64,000 nucleotides of DNA, from NCBI GenBank assembly GCA_017484225.1, contig JAFUTN010000003.1, positions 4,851 through 68,850 on the forward strand, written 5' to 3'. The notes beneath the pieces were generated by a model. That model was not told where the DNA came from. It was given only the letters and a program-made list of their open reading frames with translations, and searched no databases. The DNA is from Alphaproteobacteria bacterium (GTDB taxonomy: Bacteria > Pseudomonadota > Alphaproteobacteria > RF32 > CAG-239). Both the position numbers and the translations under genes were made by a program. This document shows positions 47,255 to 56,021 of the stretch, in pieces. Numbering within the stretch: the first letter of the stretch is position 1; each line of letters begins with the position of its first letter.

Positions 47255-47284
47255 AGGCGGTGGCAAAAAACACCGCCTGTTTTG
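47255..47284 (+). terminator. Rho-independent terminator after the ygiW-like gene
   Basis: AGGCGGTG-GCAAAAAA-CACCGCCT followed by GTTTTG. Confidence 0.65.
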
Positions 47285-47370
47285 CTGCATTTTAAGTTAC
47301 GGAATTAAAATCTTTACAAACATAAACTTTTTTGATAACCTTTTGACGAAGTATGTAAAAAACCTACTTT

Positions 47371-47544
47371 AGGGCGTAGCAACCCTTTGAAAAAATCTGT
47401 CGTTTTATGACGATATGTATGCCGATTTCGCATGTATTGATGTGCGGATGTCGGTGTTATAAGGCTTAAAGCACGAAATCGCCGAGCCGATTTGATTTTT
47501 TCACGGTTTGCTAACATCCGCCCACCATTTAAGGTGGCTTTTTT
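47371..47544 (+). promoter_or_regulatory. Structured leader RNA, copy 5 of the shared class, ending in an intrinsic terminator
   Basis: AGGGCGTAGCAACCCT ... GCGGATGTCGGTGTTATAAGGC ... CGCCGAGCC ... ACGGTTTGCTAACATCCGCCC. Helices are GAAAAAATC (47389-47397) / GATTTTTTC (47494-47502) and AGC-AACC/GGTT-T-GCT. Terminator is CCACC-ATTTAA-GGTGG-CTTTTTT. Confidence 0.8.
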
Positions 47545-47571
47545 ATTAATTTTTTTAACTTTAATGAAAGG

Positions 47572-48387
47572 ATGTTTGTAATGAAAAAAGTTAGCTTAAT
47601 TTGCTTTTTTATTCTTTTATCACTAAATGCGAAAGCAAAAATTATCGGCACATGGCCATGCGGAGATGATTGCACGGCAACTCTTGATGACAGCGGGCAT
47701 TTCAAGGTTACCGGAACCGGTGCTACACTGACCTATGGTCATTATTCGCAACCATGGAGCGATAAACTTTCACAGATAACTTCGGTGGAAATAGAAGGTT
47801 TAACGACTATAAACACCAATCTGACTTATTTTTCTCCGATTACGGAATTGAAATTAAGTGATTCCGTTAAGAATATTCTCGGTGGATTTGAAGGTAATCA
47901 CTTGCAAAAGCTGGAACTTCCCGACTCTGTGGAAAGAATTTCAAATTATGCCTTGGCAAGCTCTTCTCTTGTTGAAATTATTGTTCCGGATTCTATTTTA
48001 TCGTTTGGTGGACCGAATAGTTTGGGAGGGCTTGGGCAAATACAAGATAAAAACATCATTTGTCGCGGAGATAATTGCGATAAAGTATCAGATTTGCTCA
48101 AAAATTACATAATCACATACAAAATTAACGGAGAATATCATACAGCCGATGTCAGCGACAGGATGTCATTAGCCGGGGAAAATCAGTGCAACAGTGCAAA
48201 ATATTATTGGACCGGCGGTTTGTGTAATAATCGCCCGACCGACGGAAGTGCAATAGAATGTGACGAAGGGTGGTATGCTACCAATAAAGATGTGTGTGCC
48301 AGAATTAAAATACGTTACACCATTCCGGAAGCAGATGAATTAACCTCAAATGACAACGAAAATATGATTGAGTGGATTTTTGAGTAA
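47572..48387 (+). CDS. Secreted LRR / Cys-rich protein, paralog 6
   Basis: 271 aa. Has the IIGTWPCGDDCTATLDD N-terminal module, like paralog 2. Its C-terminal ~60 aa are almost identical to paralog 2 and it ends IRYTIPEADELTSNDNENMIEWIFE. The likely start is 47581. Confidence 0.85.
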   Translation: MFVMKKVSLICFFILLSLNAKAKIIGTWPCGDDCTATLDDSGHFKVTGTGATLTYGHYSQPWSDKLSQITSVEIEGLTTINTNLTYFSPITELKLSDSVKNILGGFEGNHLQKLELPDSVERISNYALASSSLVEIIVPDSILSFGGPNSLGGLGQIQDKNIICRGDNCDKVSDLLKNYIITYKINGEYHTADVSDRMSLAGENQCNSAKYYWTGGLCNNRPTDGSAIECDEGWYATNKDVCARIKIRYTIPEADELTSNDNENMIEWIFE

Positions 48388-48400
48388 AAAAATATCCGCA

Positions 48401-48554
48401 GTCATCTTGAACCCCGAGCGATAGCGAGTGGGTGTAAAGATCTCACGTTTCAGGAACGGAGTTTATTGTTACGCACTGCATAACAACAAACACTTTCTTG
48501 CTTTAAAAAGATCTTTACGGGGATTTCGCTTATCGCTCAACCCCTCAAGATGAC
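48401..48554. repeat. MITE-like long imperfect inverted repeat between convergent paralogs 6 and 7
   Basis: The left arm (48401-48443) and right arm (48509-48554) share the blocks GTCATCTTGA, GAGCGATA, GCGA and TAAAGATCT in inverted orientation around a ~65-bp core. Each arm also folds on itself (ACCC..GGGT / GGGG..CCCC). Confidence 0.5.
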
Positions 48555-48576
48555 AGTGAAATATTAAATTGCGGAG

Positions 48577-48608
48577 ATTATCGGTTATTGCCTTGCAATC
48601 CCGATAAT
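48577..48608 (-). terminator. Conserved 3' hairpin downstream of LRR paralog 7
   Basis: ATTATCGG-TT-ATTGC-CTT-GCAAT-C-CCGATAAT. It is the same element as 15331-15362. Confidence 0.4.
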
Positions 48609-48614
48609 GACTCT

Positions 48615-49358
48615 TTATTCAAAAATCCATTCAATCATATTTTCGTTATCATTACTTGTCGCCGCATCAGCTTCCGGTAAGGTATAGCGTTTGCGCGTGC
48701 AAAACCCATAATATGAAGTATATCCTGTATAACAACTACTTACACACCCAACTCCCGCTTGCACAAATTTTTCTCCGCAACTTCCGCATTCTCCGGTTTT
48801 TCGGCAGTTTGATAATTTTGAACCACCAAAAGTCTCTCTATTACTGGCTGCAACCGTATCCGGACCATAGATAACGCCATCCGGAATACCGACATATTCC
48901 AGGCTACTTGTTCCATAAAAAGCGATACCACCTATTTCCTGCACATTAGGTAAATCTATGCTTATCAAAGAAGCGGCTCCATAAAAGGCAGTATCTCCGA
49001 CAGAAACTATATTTTCTGTGCCTTCAATATCTTGCAAATTACGAGCATTCTTAAAAGTTCTGGCTCCGATACTGGTTACATTGCCTTCCACAACTGCATG
49101 AACGATATCTTTACCAAACCATGGGGCAGTAGATCCGTCTTTTCCATTCACACTAGCATAAGGATAATCACCCATTTCTCCCTCGCCGGAAATTGTTAAA
49201 GTTTTTGTTGCCTCATCATAGGTGCATTTCACGCTGTCACTGTATACCCCGTCGGTTGCCGGCCCGCAGTTCCATGTTTCGGCTCTTGCTTTATTTACCA
49301 AAACAAAAATTAAAGAAAATATAAGTCCTAAAAATCCAAAACGTTTCATTTCAAACAT
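48615..49358 (-). CDS. Secreted BspA-type LRR / Cys-rich protein, paralog 7
   Basis: 247 aa. ETWNCGPATDGVYSDSVKCTYDEATKTLTISGEGEMGDY is identical to paralog 1. Has LRR_5-like repeats and the C-terminus GYTSYYGFCTRKRYTLPEADAATSNDNENMIEWIFE. The likely start is 49349. Confidence 0.85.
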   Translation of the reverse strand: MFEMKRFGFLGLIFSLIFVLVNKARAETWNCGPATDGVYSDSVKCTYDEATKTLTISGEGEMGDYPYASVNGKDGSTAPWFGKDIVHAVVEGNVTSIGARTFKNARNLQDIEGTENIVSVGDTAFYGAASLISIDLPNVQEIGGIAFYGTSSLEYVGIPDGVIYGPDTVAASNRETFGGSKLSNCRKTGECGSCGEKFVQAGVGCVSSCYTGYTSYYGFCTRKRYTLPEADAATSNDNENMIEWIFE

Positions 49359-49385
49359 CCTTTCATTAAATTAAAAAAAGTTAAC

Positions 49386-49572
49386 AAAAAAACCCGCTTC
49401 AAAAAGACGGGCGGATGTTAGCAAACCGTATTCTATCAACCGGCTCGGCGTTTTCGCGCTTTTTATAAGAGCCTTATTACACCGACATCCGCTCCACAAA
49501 AAAGAACGAAGTCGGTAAACACCAACAAATCGCAATAAATGCGACCGATAGAATAAAGGGTTGCTACGCCCT
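49386..49572 (-). promoter_or_regulatory. Structured leader RNA, copy 6 of the shared class, ending in an intrinsic terminator
   Basis: RNA sense: AGGGCGTAGCAACCCT ... GCGGATGTCGGTGTAATAAGGC ... CGCCGAGCC ... ACGGTTTGCTAACATCCGCCC. Helices are ATTCTATC/GATAGAAT and AGC-AACC/GGTT-T-GCT. Terminator is CCCGTCTT..GAAGCGGG-TTTTTTT. Confidence 0.8.
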
Positions 49573-49651
49573 GAAGTGTACTTATCTCACACTCCGGAGT
49601 TGATTTTAACAGAAGTAATAAAAATTGTAAAGTCCGAAATATATGCTGATT

Positions 49652-50608
49652 TCAATCTTGTTTTTTACGGACAGTTGTTTTTCTTTTTGTTTTTTGTGAC
49701 GTTTTCTTGTTGACAGAACGCTTTTTCTTGTTTGCTTCTGCCGGCTTTGCCTTAATTATTTCAGCAACATTGTTTTCTGCAGCCTGATTTTCTGTTTTCG
49801 GATTTGATACGGTGTCTAAAATTTTGTATTGCGCGCAGCAAAAAGCTGCAAAAATACCGGCGAGTATCAGTTTAATGTAATTGCCGACAAACTCACCGCA
49901 TACAGCAACGATAAATAAAGGATATTTGAGAGTGAAGTATTTGATAACAAATGAAAAATTAACAAATAACATCATCATTAAAAATAAAACAAGGCAGAAA
50001 CATATTAAAACAATATATCCTTTTCCTGATGTTTGCTTAAGTAATGCTAAAATTTTCGGATATTTATTTTCCTGCAAAAATCCGCCTATAAGCGCAGAAA
50101 GTTTTAGGGATATTAAAAACATTACACCCGTTGAAAATACAAATAAGAATTTGAGTGCCTCAATATGCCAATCCGGATTTGCAGGAGAGTTGATGAACCA
50201 TAAACTGATAATGAAAGAAAAAATCATTCCGAAAAAGAAGAAAATTCCGCTCAACACAAATTTTGTTTTCGGGCGGGAAAAAGAAAAAATATTTCGGGCG
50301 GAGAAATAGTTATTTTTATATGAAACAGCATATAAATCATACATAAACGCAAAAATCAGACCGATAAATGCCGCAAAATAAAACAGCATTACGGCAAAAC
50401 CTTTATATGGATTTTTTGTAATTTCATGGCACCACCAAAAGTTGTCCAAACTTCCGCAAGAGTATGACCAATTTCCGATGACGGATGTCAATACTGTTAA
50501 AACAACGGCATAATATCCGGTAACTTTCCACTGCCCTAAAAAATTCCAAAAGGATGAAAATGTTGCCGCTAATATATTTAAGATGGAAAATTTGTTTAAT
50601 TTCAACAT
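49652..50608 (-). CDS. Hypothetical polytopic membrane protein with Lys/Arg-rich C-terminal tail
   Basis: 318 aa with multiple hydrophobic segments. No recognised family. Confidence 0.55.
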   Translation of the reverse strand: MLKLNKFSILNILAATFSSFWNFLGQWKVTGYYAVVLTVLTSVIGNWSYSCGSLDNFWWCHEITKNPYKGFAVMLFYFAAFIGLIFAFMYDLYAVSYKNNYFSARNIFSFSRPKTKFVLSGIFFFFGMIFSFIISLWFINSPANPDWHIEALKFLFVFSTGVMFLISLKLSALIGGFLQENKYPKILALLKQTSGKGYIVLICFCLVLFLMMMLFVNFSFVIKYFTLKYPLFIVAVCGEFVGNYIKLILAGIFAAFCCAQYKILDTVSNPKTENQAAENNVAEIIKAKPAEANKKKRSVNKKTSQKTKRKTTVRKKQD

Positions 50609-50609
50609 A

Positions 50610-53600
50610 CTAAATCTCCTTTACCAAAGTAACGCCGTTAATTGCGCGGATATTTGAAATCGCCGTTCCGTCTGCCAAGGTATACCCGTTTTTGAGTTCT
50701 ATCCGGACATCCCAATCATCAAGCTCCGGTTTTATGTAAACTTTATTTGTTCCGAAATGTTCCTTCATTAAAGCTTCGCGAATCGGCTTAATTGCTTCGG
50801 TATTGTTTACATATATAATCAAACCTTTTGAATTTTCCGCAATGGCATCATCAAGTGTTTTGATTATATTATAACGAATGCGAGGCGGAATATCTTCGGA
50901 TTGTTTTTCAATAATAACTTGTGCAAATAAAGGAAGTCCGCTTTTCAAGGCATCCTCATATTTAGCCATATCATCTCCAAAAACAAACCCCTCAAACTCG
51001 CCGGTTGCGTCCGACATCTTAACAATTCCGTAAGGTTTGCCGTTTTTGCTGATTTTGCGCTGAAAATTTTGCAAACATCCGGCCAAATTTACTTGCAATT
51101 TGTCTCCGACTTTGATGTTTTTTATGGCATCAACAGATTTTTGTATACCCAAACGTTCCATGCTGTCCGAGTAGTTGTCCAAAGGGTGAGACGAAAGATA
51201 AAATCCGATAGCCTCCGCCTCATTTTGCAGGCGTTCAAGGTTAGGCCAGTCGGCTTTATCTTGTAATTTTACTTCGGAAGCAAGTTCCTGCGCACCGAAA
51301 AGAGATGTTTGTGAACTGGTTTTCAGTTCTGCCGACGAGGCTATGTGCCGCATGATGTTATCAATATTGGCGAATAGTTTTGCCCGATTGGAATCCAAAC
51401 AATCAAAAGCCCCTGCTTTTATGAGCTGCTCAATTTGTTTGCGGTTGATTTGTTTTATATCCACGCGGTGAATGAAATCGGACATATTTTTGAATTTACC
51501 GTTTTTTTTGCGCTCATCAACAATGGCCTGCATATTTGCTTCACCAACTCCCTTTATGCCGGCTAAAGCAAAACGAATATTGCCGTTTTCTACGGTGAAC
51601 AAAGCCTCAGATTCATTAATATTCGGCACTAAAACGTCAAAGCCCATTTTTTTGACTTCTTCGCGGTAAAAAGAAATTTTGTCGGTATTTGTTATATCAA
51701 AATCCATGATTGCGCACATAAATTCTACCGGATAATGTGCTTTTAAATATGCGGTTTGGTATGAAATTAAGGAATAAGCGGCTGCGTGAGACTTATTAAA
51801 TCCGTATTCGGCAAATTTTGCCATCTGGTCAAAAATTGCACCGGATACATCTGTCGGAATCCCTTTTTTTGTTGCTCCCTCCATGAACATTTCACGTTGG
51901 TGAGGGATTTCGTCTACCATTTTTTTACCCATAACTTTACGCAGCTTATCTGCACCGCCTAAAGTATATCCGCCGAGAACTTGGGCAATTTTCATAACTT
52001 GTTCCTGATATACCATGATGCCGTATGTTTCATCAAGTATGGGGGCTAAATCGGGGTGCAGGTATTCTATTTTTTCTATGCCGTGTTTGCGGTTGATAAA
52101 TGTCGGAATATTTCCCATCGGTCCCGGACGATATAGCGAAATTACGGCAATAAGATCTTCAAAACGGTCGGGTTTTATTTGCTGAATAACATCACGCATT
52201 CCCGCTGATTCAAACTGAAAAACAGCACTGGTGTATCCGTCTTGCAAAAGTTTATAAGTATCTTTGTCATCAAGCGGAACCGAAGCCATATCCAGCTCTA
52301 TGCCGTGAATTCTTTTTACCCAGTCCACGGCTCGCTTGATAACGGTTAAGGTTTTTAATCCTAAAAAGTCAAATTTAATTAAGCCGGTTTCTTCAACAAA
52401 CTTCATGTCGTATTGGGTTACCGGCATATCGGCTCGCGGGTCTTTATAAAGCGGAACAAGCTGGTCAAGAGGTCTGTCTCCGATAACAACTCCGGCAGCG
52501 TGCATTCCGGAGTTACGATAAAGTCCCTCAAGTTTTATGGCTATATCAAAAAGCTTGTTTATTTGCGGATCTTTAACTCGCATTTCTTCCATTTCCGGAA
52601 CTTGTTCCAAAGCTTCCGGAAGTGTCGGATTTTTACCGCCCTGTCCTTTCGGAATCATTTTGGAAATGCGGTCTGCCTGAGTGTAAGGCATTTGTAAAAC
52701 GCGAGCAACATCACGTATAACGGCCTTTGATTGCAATTTGCCGTAAGTTATGATTTGTGCCACGTGGTCAAATCCATATTTCTTTTGCACGTATTCTATT
52801 GTTTTATAACGATTTTCCTGACACAAGTCTACGTCAAAATCCGGCATGTTTACACGCTCCGGATTCAAAAATCTTTCAAACAGCAAATCTAAGCGAATCG
52901 GATCCAAATCCGTGATTTTTAATGCCCATGCCACAATGGAACCTGCGCCGGATCCTCTTCCGGGGCCGATTGGAACACCATGAGTTTTGGACCAGCGGAT
53001 AAAGTCTGACACAATTAAAAAGTATCCGGGAAAGCCCATTTTTTTGATAACGCACAACTCATAATCAAGGCGCTCATAGTATATTCTGTCGGTTTTTTGC
53101 TTTTCTTCTTCCGTCATTTCCGGTGTATACACCTGAAGCATCATTCTCTCGTGCAGACCTTTATATGCTTCGTTGGTAATAAATTCGTCCTGCGTCATTC
53201 CGTCAGGACAAATAAAAATAGGCAAAAGAGGTTCTTTTTTTTGCGAAAGAAAGTTGCAGCGTTTTGCTATGTTTACCGTGTTTTGCAAGGCTTCGGGAAT
53301 GTCGCTGAACAACTCCTGCATTTCGCTTTCGCTGCGCCAACGATTAGTCGGTAAATAGCGGCGACGATTTTCGTTTGCAACATATTCTCCCTGAGCAATA
53401 CAAACGAGTGCGTCATGCGCTTCATACATGTCAGTATCAAAAAAATAAACATCATTGGTGGCCACAAGAGGAATATCGTATTTGTAAGCCATGTCAATGA
53501 AGGCACTTTCCGTGCGTTTTTCTTCGTCATAACCGACACGAGAAATTTCTATGTATAAATTATCTTTGAAGATATCTTTCAATTCCAGCAGCTTTTTTTC

Positions 53601-54083
53601 CGCTTCTTGGCGGCGGTTTTGAAGAATAAGCCTGCCGATTGGTCCGTCATATCCTCCGGTAAGACAGATTAATCCGTCGTGAAAATCTTGCAAATTTTGC
53701 ATGTTAATCTGCGGTATATCGCTGTGTTCCGTGTTGTCCATGTAGTAACGGCGAAAAAGCTTCATCAGAGAAGCGTAACCGTTTTCGTTTTTAACAAGTA
53801 TGATTATTCTGTCGGGATCCTGTTCTCTGCCTTTTGAGAGTAAAATATTGTCCGAATCGTCATTGTGCAAGCACAATTCCGAGCCGAGAATCGGCTTTAT
53901 GCCGGCATCAGATGCATATTTTGAAAAGGCTTTGCCCCCAAACAAGTTTCCGCGATCTGTTATTGCGCAAGCCGGAACATTCAGAGCCTTGAGTTTTTTT
54001 GTGAGTGCAGGAACGGTTGTTGCTCCCAGAGAAAGGGAGTAAGCGGTATGGACACGCAGGTTGATAAACTTAGGCTCAGGCAT
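50610..54083 (-). CDS. dnaE: DNA polymerase III alpha subunit
   Basis: 1157 aa. N-terminal PHP domain (FINLRVHTAYSL), the polymerase core (PDFDVDLCQ, GMHAAGVVI) and an OB domain. Confidence 0.97.
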   Translation of the reverse strand: MPEPKFINLRVHTAYSLSLGATTVPALTKKLKALNVPACAITDRGNLFGGKAFSKYASDAGIKPILGSELCLHNDDSDNILLSKGREQDPDRIIILVKNENGYASLMKLFRRYYMDNTEHSDIPQINMQNLQDFHDGLICLTGGYDGPIGRLILQNRRQEAEKKLLELKDIFKDNLYIEISRVGYDEEKRTESAFIDMAYKYDIPLVATNDVYFFDTDMYEAHDALVCIAQGEYVANENRRRYLPTNRWRSESEMQELFSDIPEALQNTVNIAKRCNFLSQKKEPLLPIFICPDGMTQDEFITNEAYKGLHERMMLQVYTPEMTEEEKQKTDRIYYERLDYELCVIKKMGFPGYFLIVSDFIRWSKTHGVPIGPGRGSGAGSIVAWALKITDLDPIRLDLLFERFLNPERVNMPDFDVDLCQENRYKTIEYVQKKYGFDHVAQIITYGKLQSKAVIRDVARVLQMPYTQADRISKMIPKGQGGKNPTLPEALEQVPEMEEMRVKDPQINKLFDIAIKLEGLYRNSGMHAAGVVIGDRPLDQLVPLYKDPRADMPVTQYDMKFVEETGLIKFDFLGLKTLTVIKRAVDWVKRIHGIELDMASVPLDDKDTYKLLQDGYTSAVFQFESAGMRDVIQQIKPDRFEDLIAVISLYRPGPMGNIPTFINRKHGIEKIEYLHPDLAPILDETYGIMVYQEQVMKIAQVLGGYTLGGADKLRKVMGKKMVDEIPHQREMFMEGATKKGIPTDVSGAIFDQMAKFAEYGFNKSHAAAYSLISYQTAYLKAHYPVEFMCAIMDFDITNTDKISFYREEVKKMGFDVLVPNINESEALFTVENGNIRFALAGIKGVGEANMQAIVDERKKNGKFKNMSDFIHRVDIKQINRKQIEQLIKAGAFDCLDSNRAKLFANIDNIMRHIASSAELKTSSQTSLFGAQELASEVKLQDKADWPNLERLQNEAEAIGFYLSSHPLDNYSDSMERLGIQKSVDAIKNIKVGDKLQVNLAGCLQNFQRKISKNGKPYGIVKMSDATGEFEGFVFGDDMAKYEDALKSGLPLFAQVIIEKQSEDIPPRIRYNIIKTLDDAIAENSKGLIIYVNNTEAIKPIREALMKEHFGTNKVYIKPELDDWDVRIELKNGYTLADGTAISNIRAINGVTLVKEI

Positions 54084-54109
54084 TTATTTCTCCGCCGGAG
54101 GAAAATCGG

Positions 54110-54349
54110 TTATTCCGGTTTTGCTTTTTGGTAGCAGCGACAGTGACAAATACCATCACGCTCAATGTCACTTTGACACAATGGAGAAATGCAAAAACGT
54201 TTTTCGTTTGTTCCGTCGCAAGGACAACGCTGCCACTCACTGTCTCCGAACATCATGTTTTTTGCGCGGGCGATTTTTTCAATATTTGCGGTCGGATAAT
54301 ATCCTGCTTTAGAGCATTTTTCTTTCATTTTTTCTAAAATATCGGTCAT
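54110..54349 (-). CDS. Small Cys-rich protein, ferredoxin:thioredoxin-reductase catalytic-subunit-like
   Basis: 79 aa. The Cys pattern CPC-x9-C-x4-C-x9-CHC-x-C and the preceding region resemble the FTR catalytic domain, but the spacing is not canonical. Confidence 0.4.
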   Translation of the reverse strand: MTDILEKMKEKCSKAGYYPTANIEKIARAKNMMFGDSEWQRCPCDGTNEKRFCISPLCQSDIERDGICHCRCYQKAKPE

Positions 54350-54362
54350 TTCAGTTCCTTTC

Positions 54363-55253
54363 TTATCGTTGTTCCAATATATCTAATATTCGGCTTAATT
54401 CGGCCGGATTTTCATAGTGCAATGTTACACTACCATTTCCCTTTTTTCCAGCACTAATTTTGACTTTCAAACGCAATTTTTGATTAAGCTCAAACTCAAT
54501 ATTCTTCAGTTCGGCATCTGTCTGAATTTTTTTAGGCTGTTTTTTCTTTCTTGCGGTGGAAGCAAGTTCTTCCGTATCGCGGACATTCAGTTCTTTTTCA
54601 ATTATTTTTTGCGCTAATTCTGCTGCGTTTGGCAAACCGACAAGTGCTCGTGCATGTCCGGCGGAAAGCTTATTTTCGGCAACCATTGCCTGCACTTCTG
54701 CGGGTAAATTTAAAAGACGCAAAGTGTTTGCTATGTAACTTCTTGATTTACTGATGATTTTCCCTATTGCTTCCTGAGTATAGCTGTAATCTGATATAAG
54801 TTTGCTTAGACCTTTTGCTTCTTCTATCGGCGACAAATTTTCCCTTTGGATGTTTTCTATCAAAGCAATTTCCAGTGTTTCTCTATTATTCAAATTTTTT
54901 ATTATTACCGGCACTTGAGTCAGTCCGGCTAACTTTGCCGCGCGCCATCTGCGCTCACCGGCAATTATTTCATATTTTTCTGCTTTTTGGCGCACCAGAA
55001 TAGGTTGAAGAATCCCTTTCTCTTTAATTGATTCACTCAAATCTTTCAGATTTTCCTCATTAAACTCGGTTCGCGGCTGAAAAGAACACCGTTCAATCTG
55101 CTCAATGTTTATTTTTAAGGTGTCTTCAGTTTTAAATACACTGTTTTTTGCCGGTGTAAATTCTTCAGTGTCGGCTTCAAAATCATAAGTGTCATTTCCC
55201 AAAAGGGCTTCAAGTCCTCTTCCGAGCGGATTTTTTTTGTTTGAACCACTCAT
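54363..55253 (-). CDS. parB: Chromosome partitioning protein ParB
   Basis: 296 aa with LSESIKEKGILQPILVR and IIAGERRWRAAKLAGL. Confidence 0.95.
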   Translation of the reverse strand: MSGSNKKNPLGRGLEALLGNDTYDFEADTEEFTPAKNSVFKTEDTLKINIEQIERCSFQPRTEFNEENLKDLSESIKEKGILQPILVRQKAEKYEIIAGERRWRAAKLAGLTQVPVIIKNLNNRETLEIALIENIQRENLSPIEEAKGLSKLISDYSYTQEAIGKIISKSRSYIANTLRLLNLPAEVQAMVAENKLSAGHARALVGLPNAAELAQKIIEKELNVRDTEELASTARKKKQPKKIQTDAELKNIEFELNQKLRLKVKISAGKKGNGSVTLHYENPAELSRILDILEQR

Positions 55254-56021
55254 TTAAATCTCCTTTTCTCTTTGTAATACTTCTTTAGCCAGATTGATGT
55301 ATGCTTGAGCACCGACACTTTTAAAATCGTATATAAGAATCGGTTTGCCGTGTGAAGGTGCTTCCGCAATGCGAACACTGCGAGGAATTACCGTGTTATA
55401 AACTTTGTCGCCGAAGTATTTTCTGACATTTTCTTCTATCATTTTACTTAAGTTATTTTGACGGCTGAACATGGTCAATACAATTCCTTGGAGTATCAGG
55501 TTATGATTAAAATTTCTTTTGATTGCATTAAGATTTTTCATTAAATCGGCGAGACCTTCCAAAGCCAAAAATTCGCATTGTAACGGAACCAAAACGGAAT
55601 TAGACGCAACCAGTGCGTTTATGGTAATCAAATTAAGTGACGGCGGACAGTCTATTATTGCGTAATCATATTCGGATTCCATATCTTTGAGTGTGTTTTT
55701 GAGTATATATTCGCGCTTATCCATATCAACCAGTTCTATTTCTGCAGCAGCCAAATCCGGTGATGAAGGCAATATATCAAAATTCGGCACACCGGTATGT
55801 ATTACGGCCTGATTTGCTTTACATTCTCCTATCAAAATTTCGTAGGTTGATTTTTGATGCTTTTCTTTTTTTATGCCCATTGATGTTGTGGCATTTCCTT
55901 GCGGATCCAAATCAATAACAACAACCTTTTTTTCTATTGCGGCGAGCGCCGTGGCAATATTTATGGCTGTTGTTGTTTTTCCGACACCGCCTTTTCTGTT
56001 GGCAACTGAAATTACTTTCAT
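55254..56021 (-). CDS. parA: Chromosome partitioning ATPase ParA
   Basis: 255 aa with the deviant Walker A NRKGGVGKTTTAINI. Confidence 0.95.
   Translation of the reverse strand: MKVISVANRKGGVGKTTTAINIATALAAIEKKVVVIDLDPQGNATTSMGIKKEKHQKSTYEILIGECKANQAVIHTGVPNFDILPSSPDLAAAEIELVDMDKREYILKNTLKDMESEYDYAIIDCPPSLNLITINALVASNSVLVPLQCEFLALEGLADLMKNLNAIKRNFNHNLILQGIVLTMFSRQNNLSKMIEENVRKYFGDKVYNTVIPRSVRIAEAPSHGKPILIYDFKSVGAQAYINLAKEVLQREKEI

Noticed and set aside
47371-47544. Assigning the shared leader to a known riboswitch class, or treating it as a plain intergenic DNA repeat (REP/MITE).
   Set aside because: None of the signature sequences I know for the common classes are present. A DNA-repeat explanation does not account for seven different but always complementary helix sequences, nor for the fixed position and orientation upstream of one gene family. 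This still needs a formal Rfam scan.
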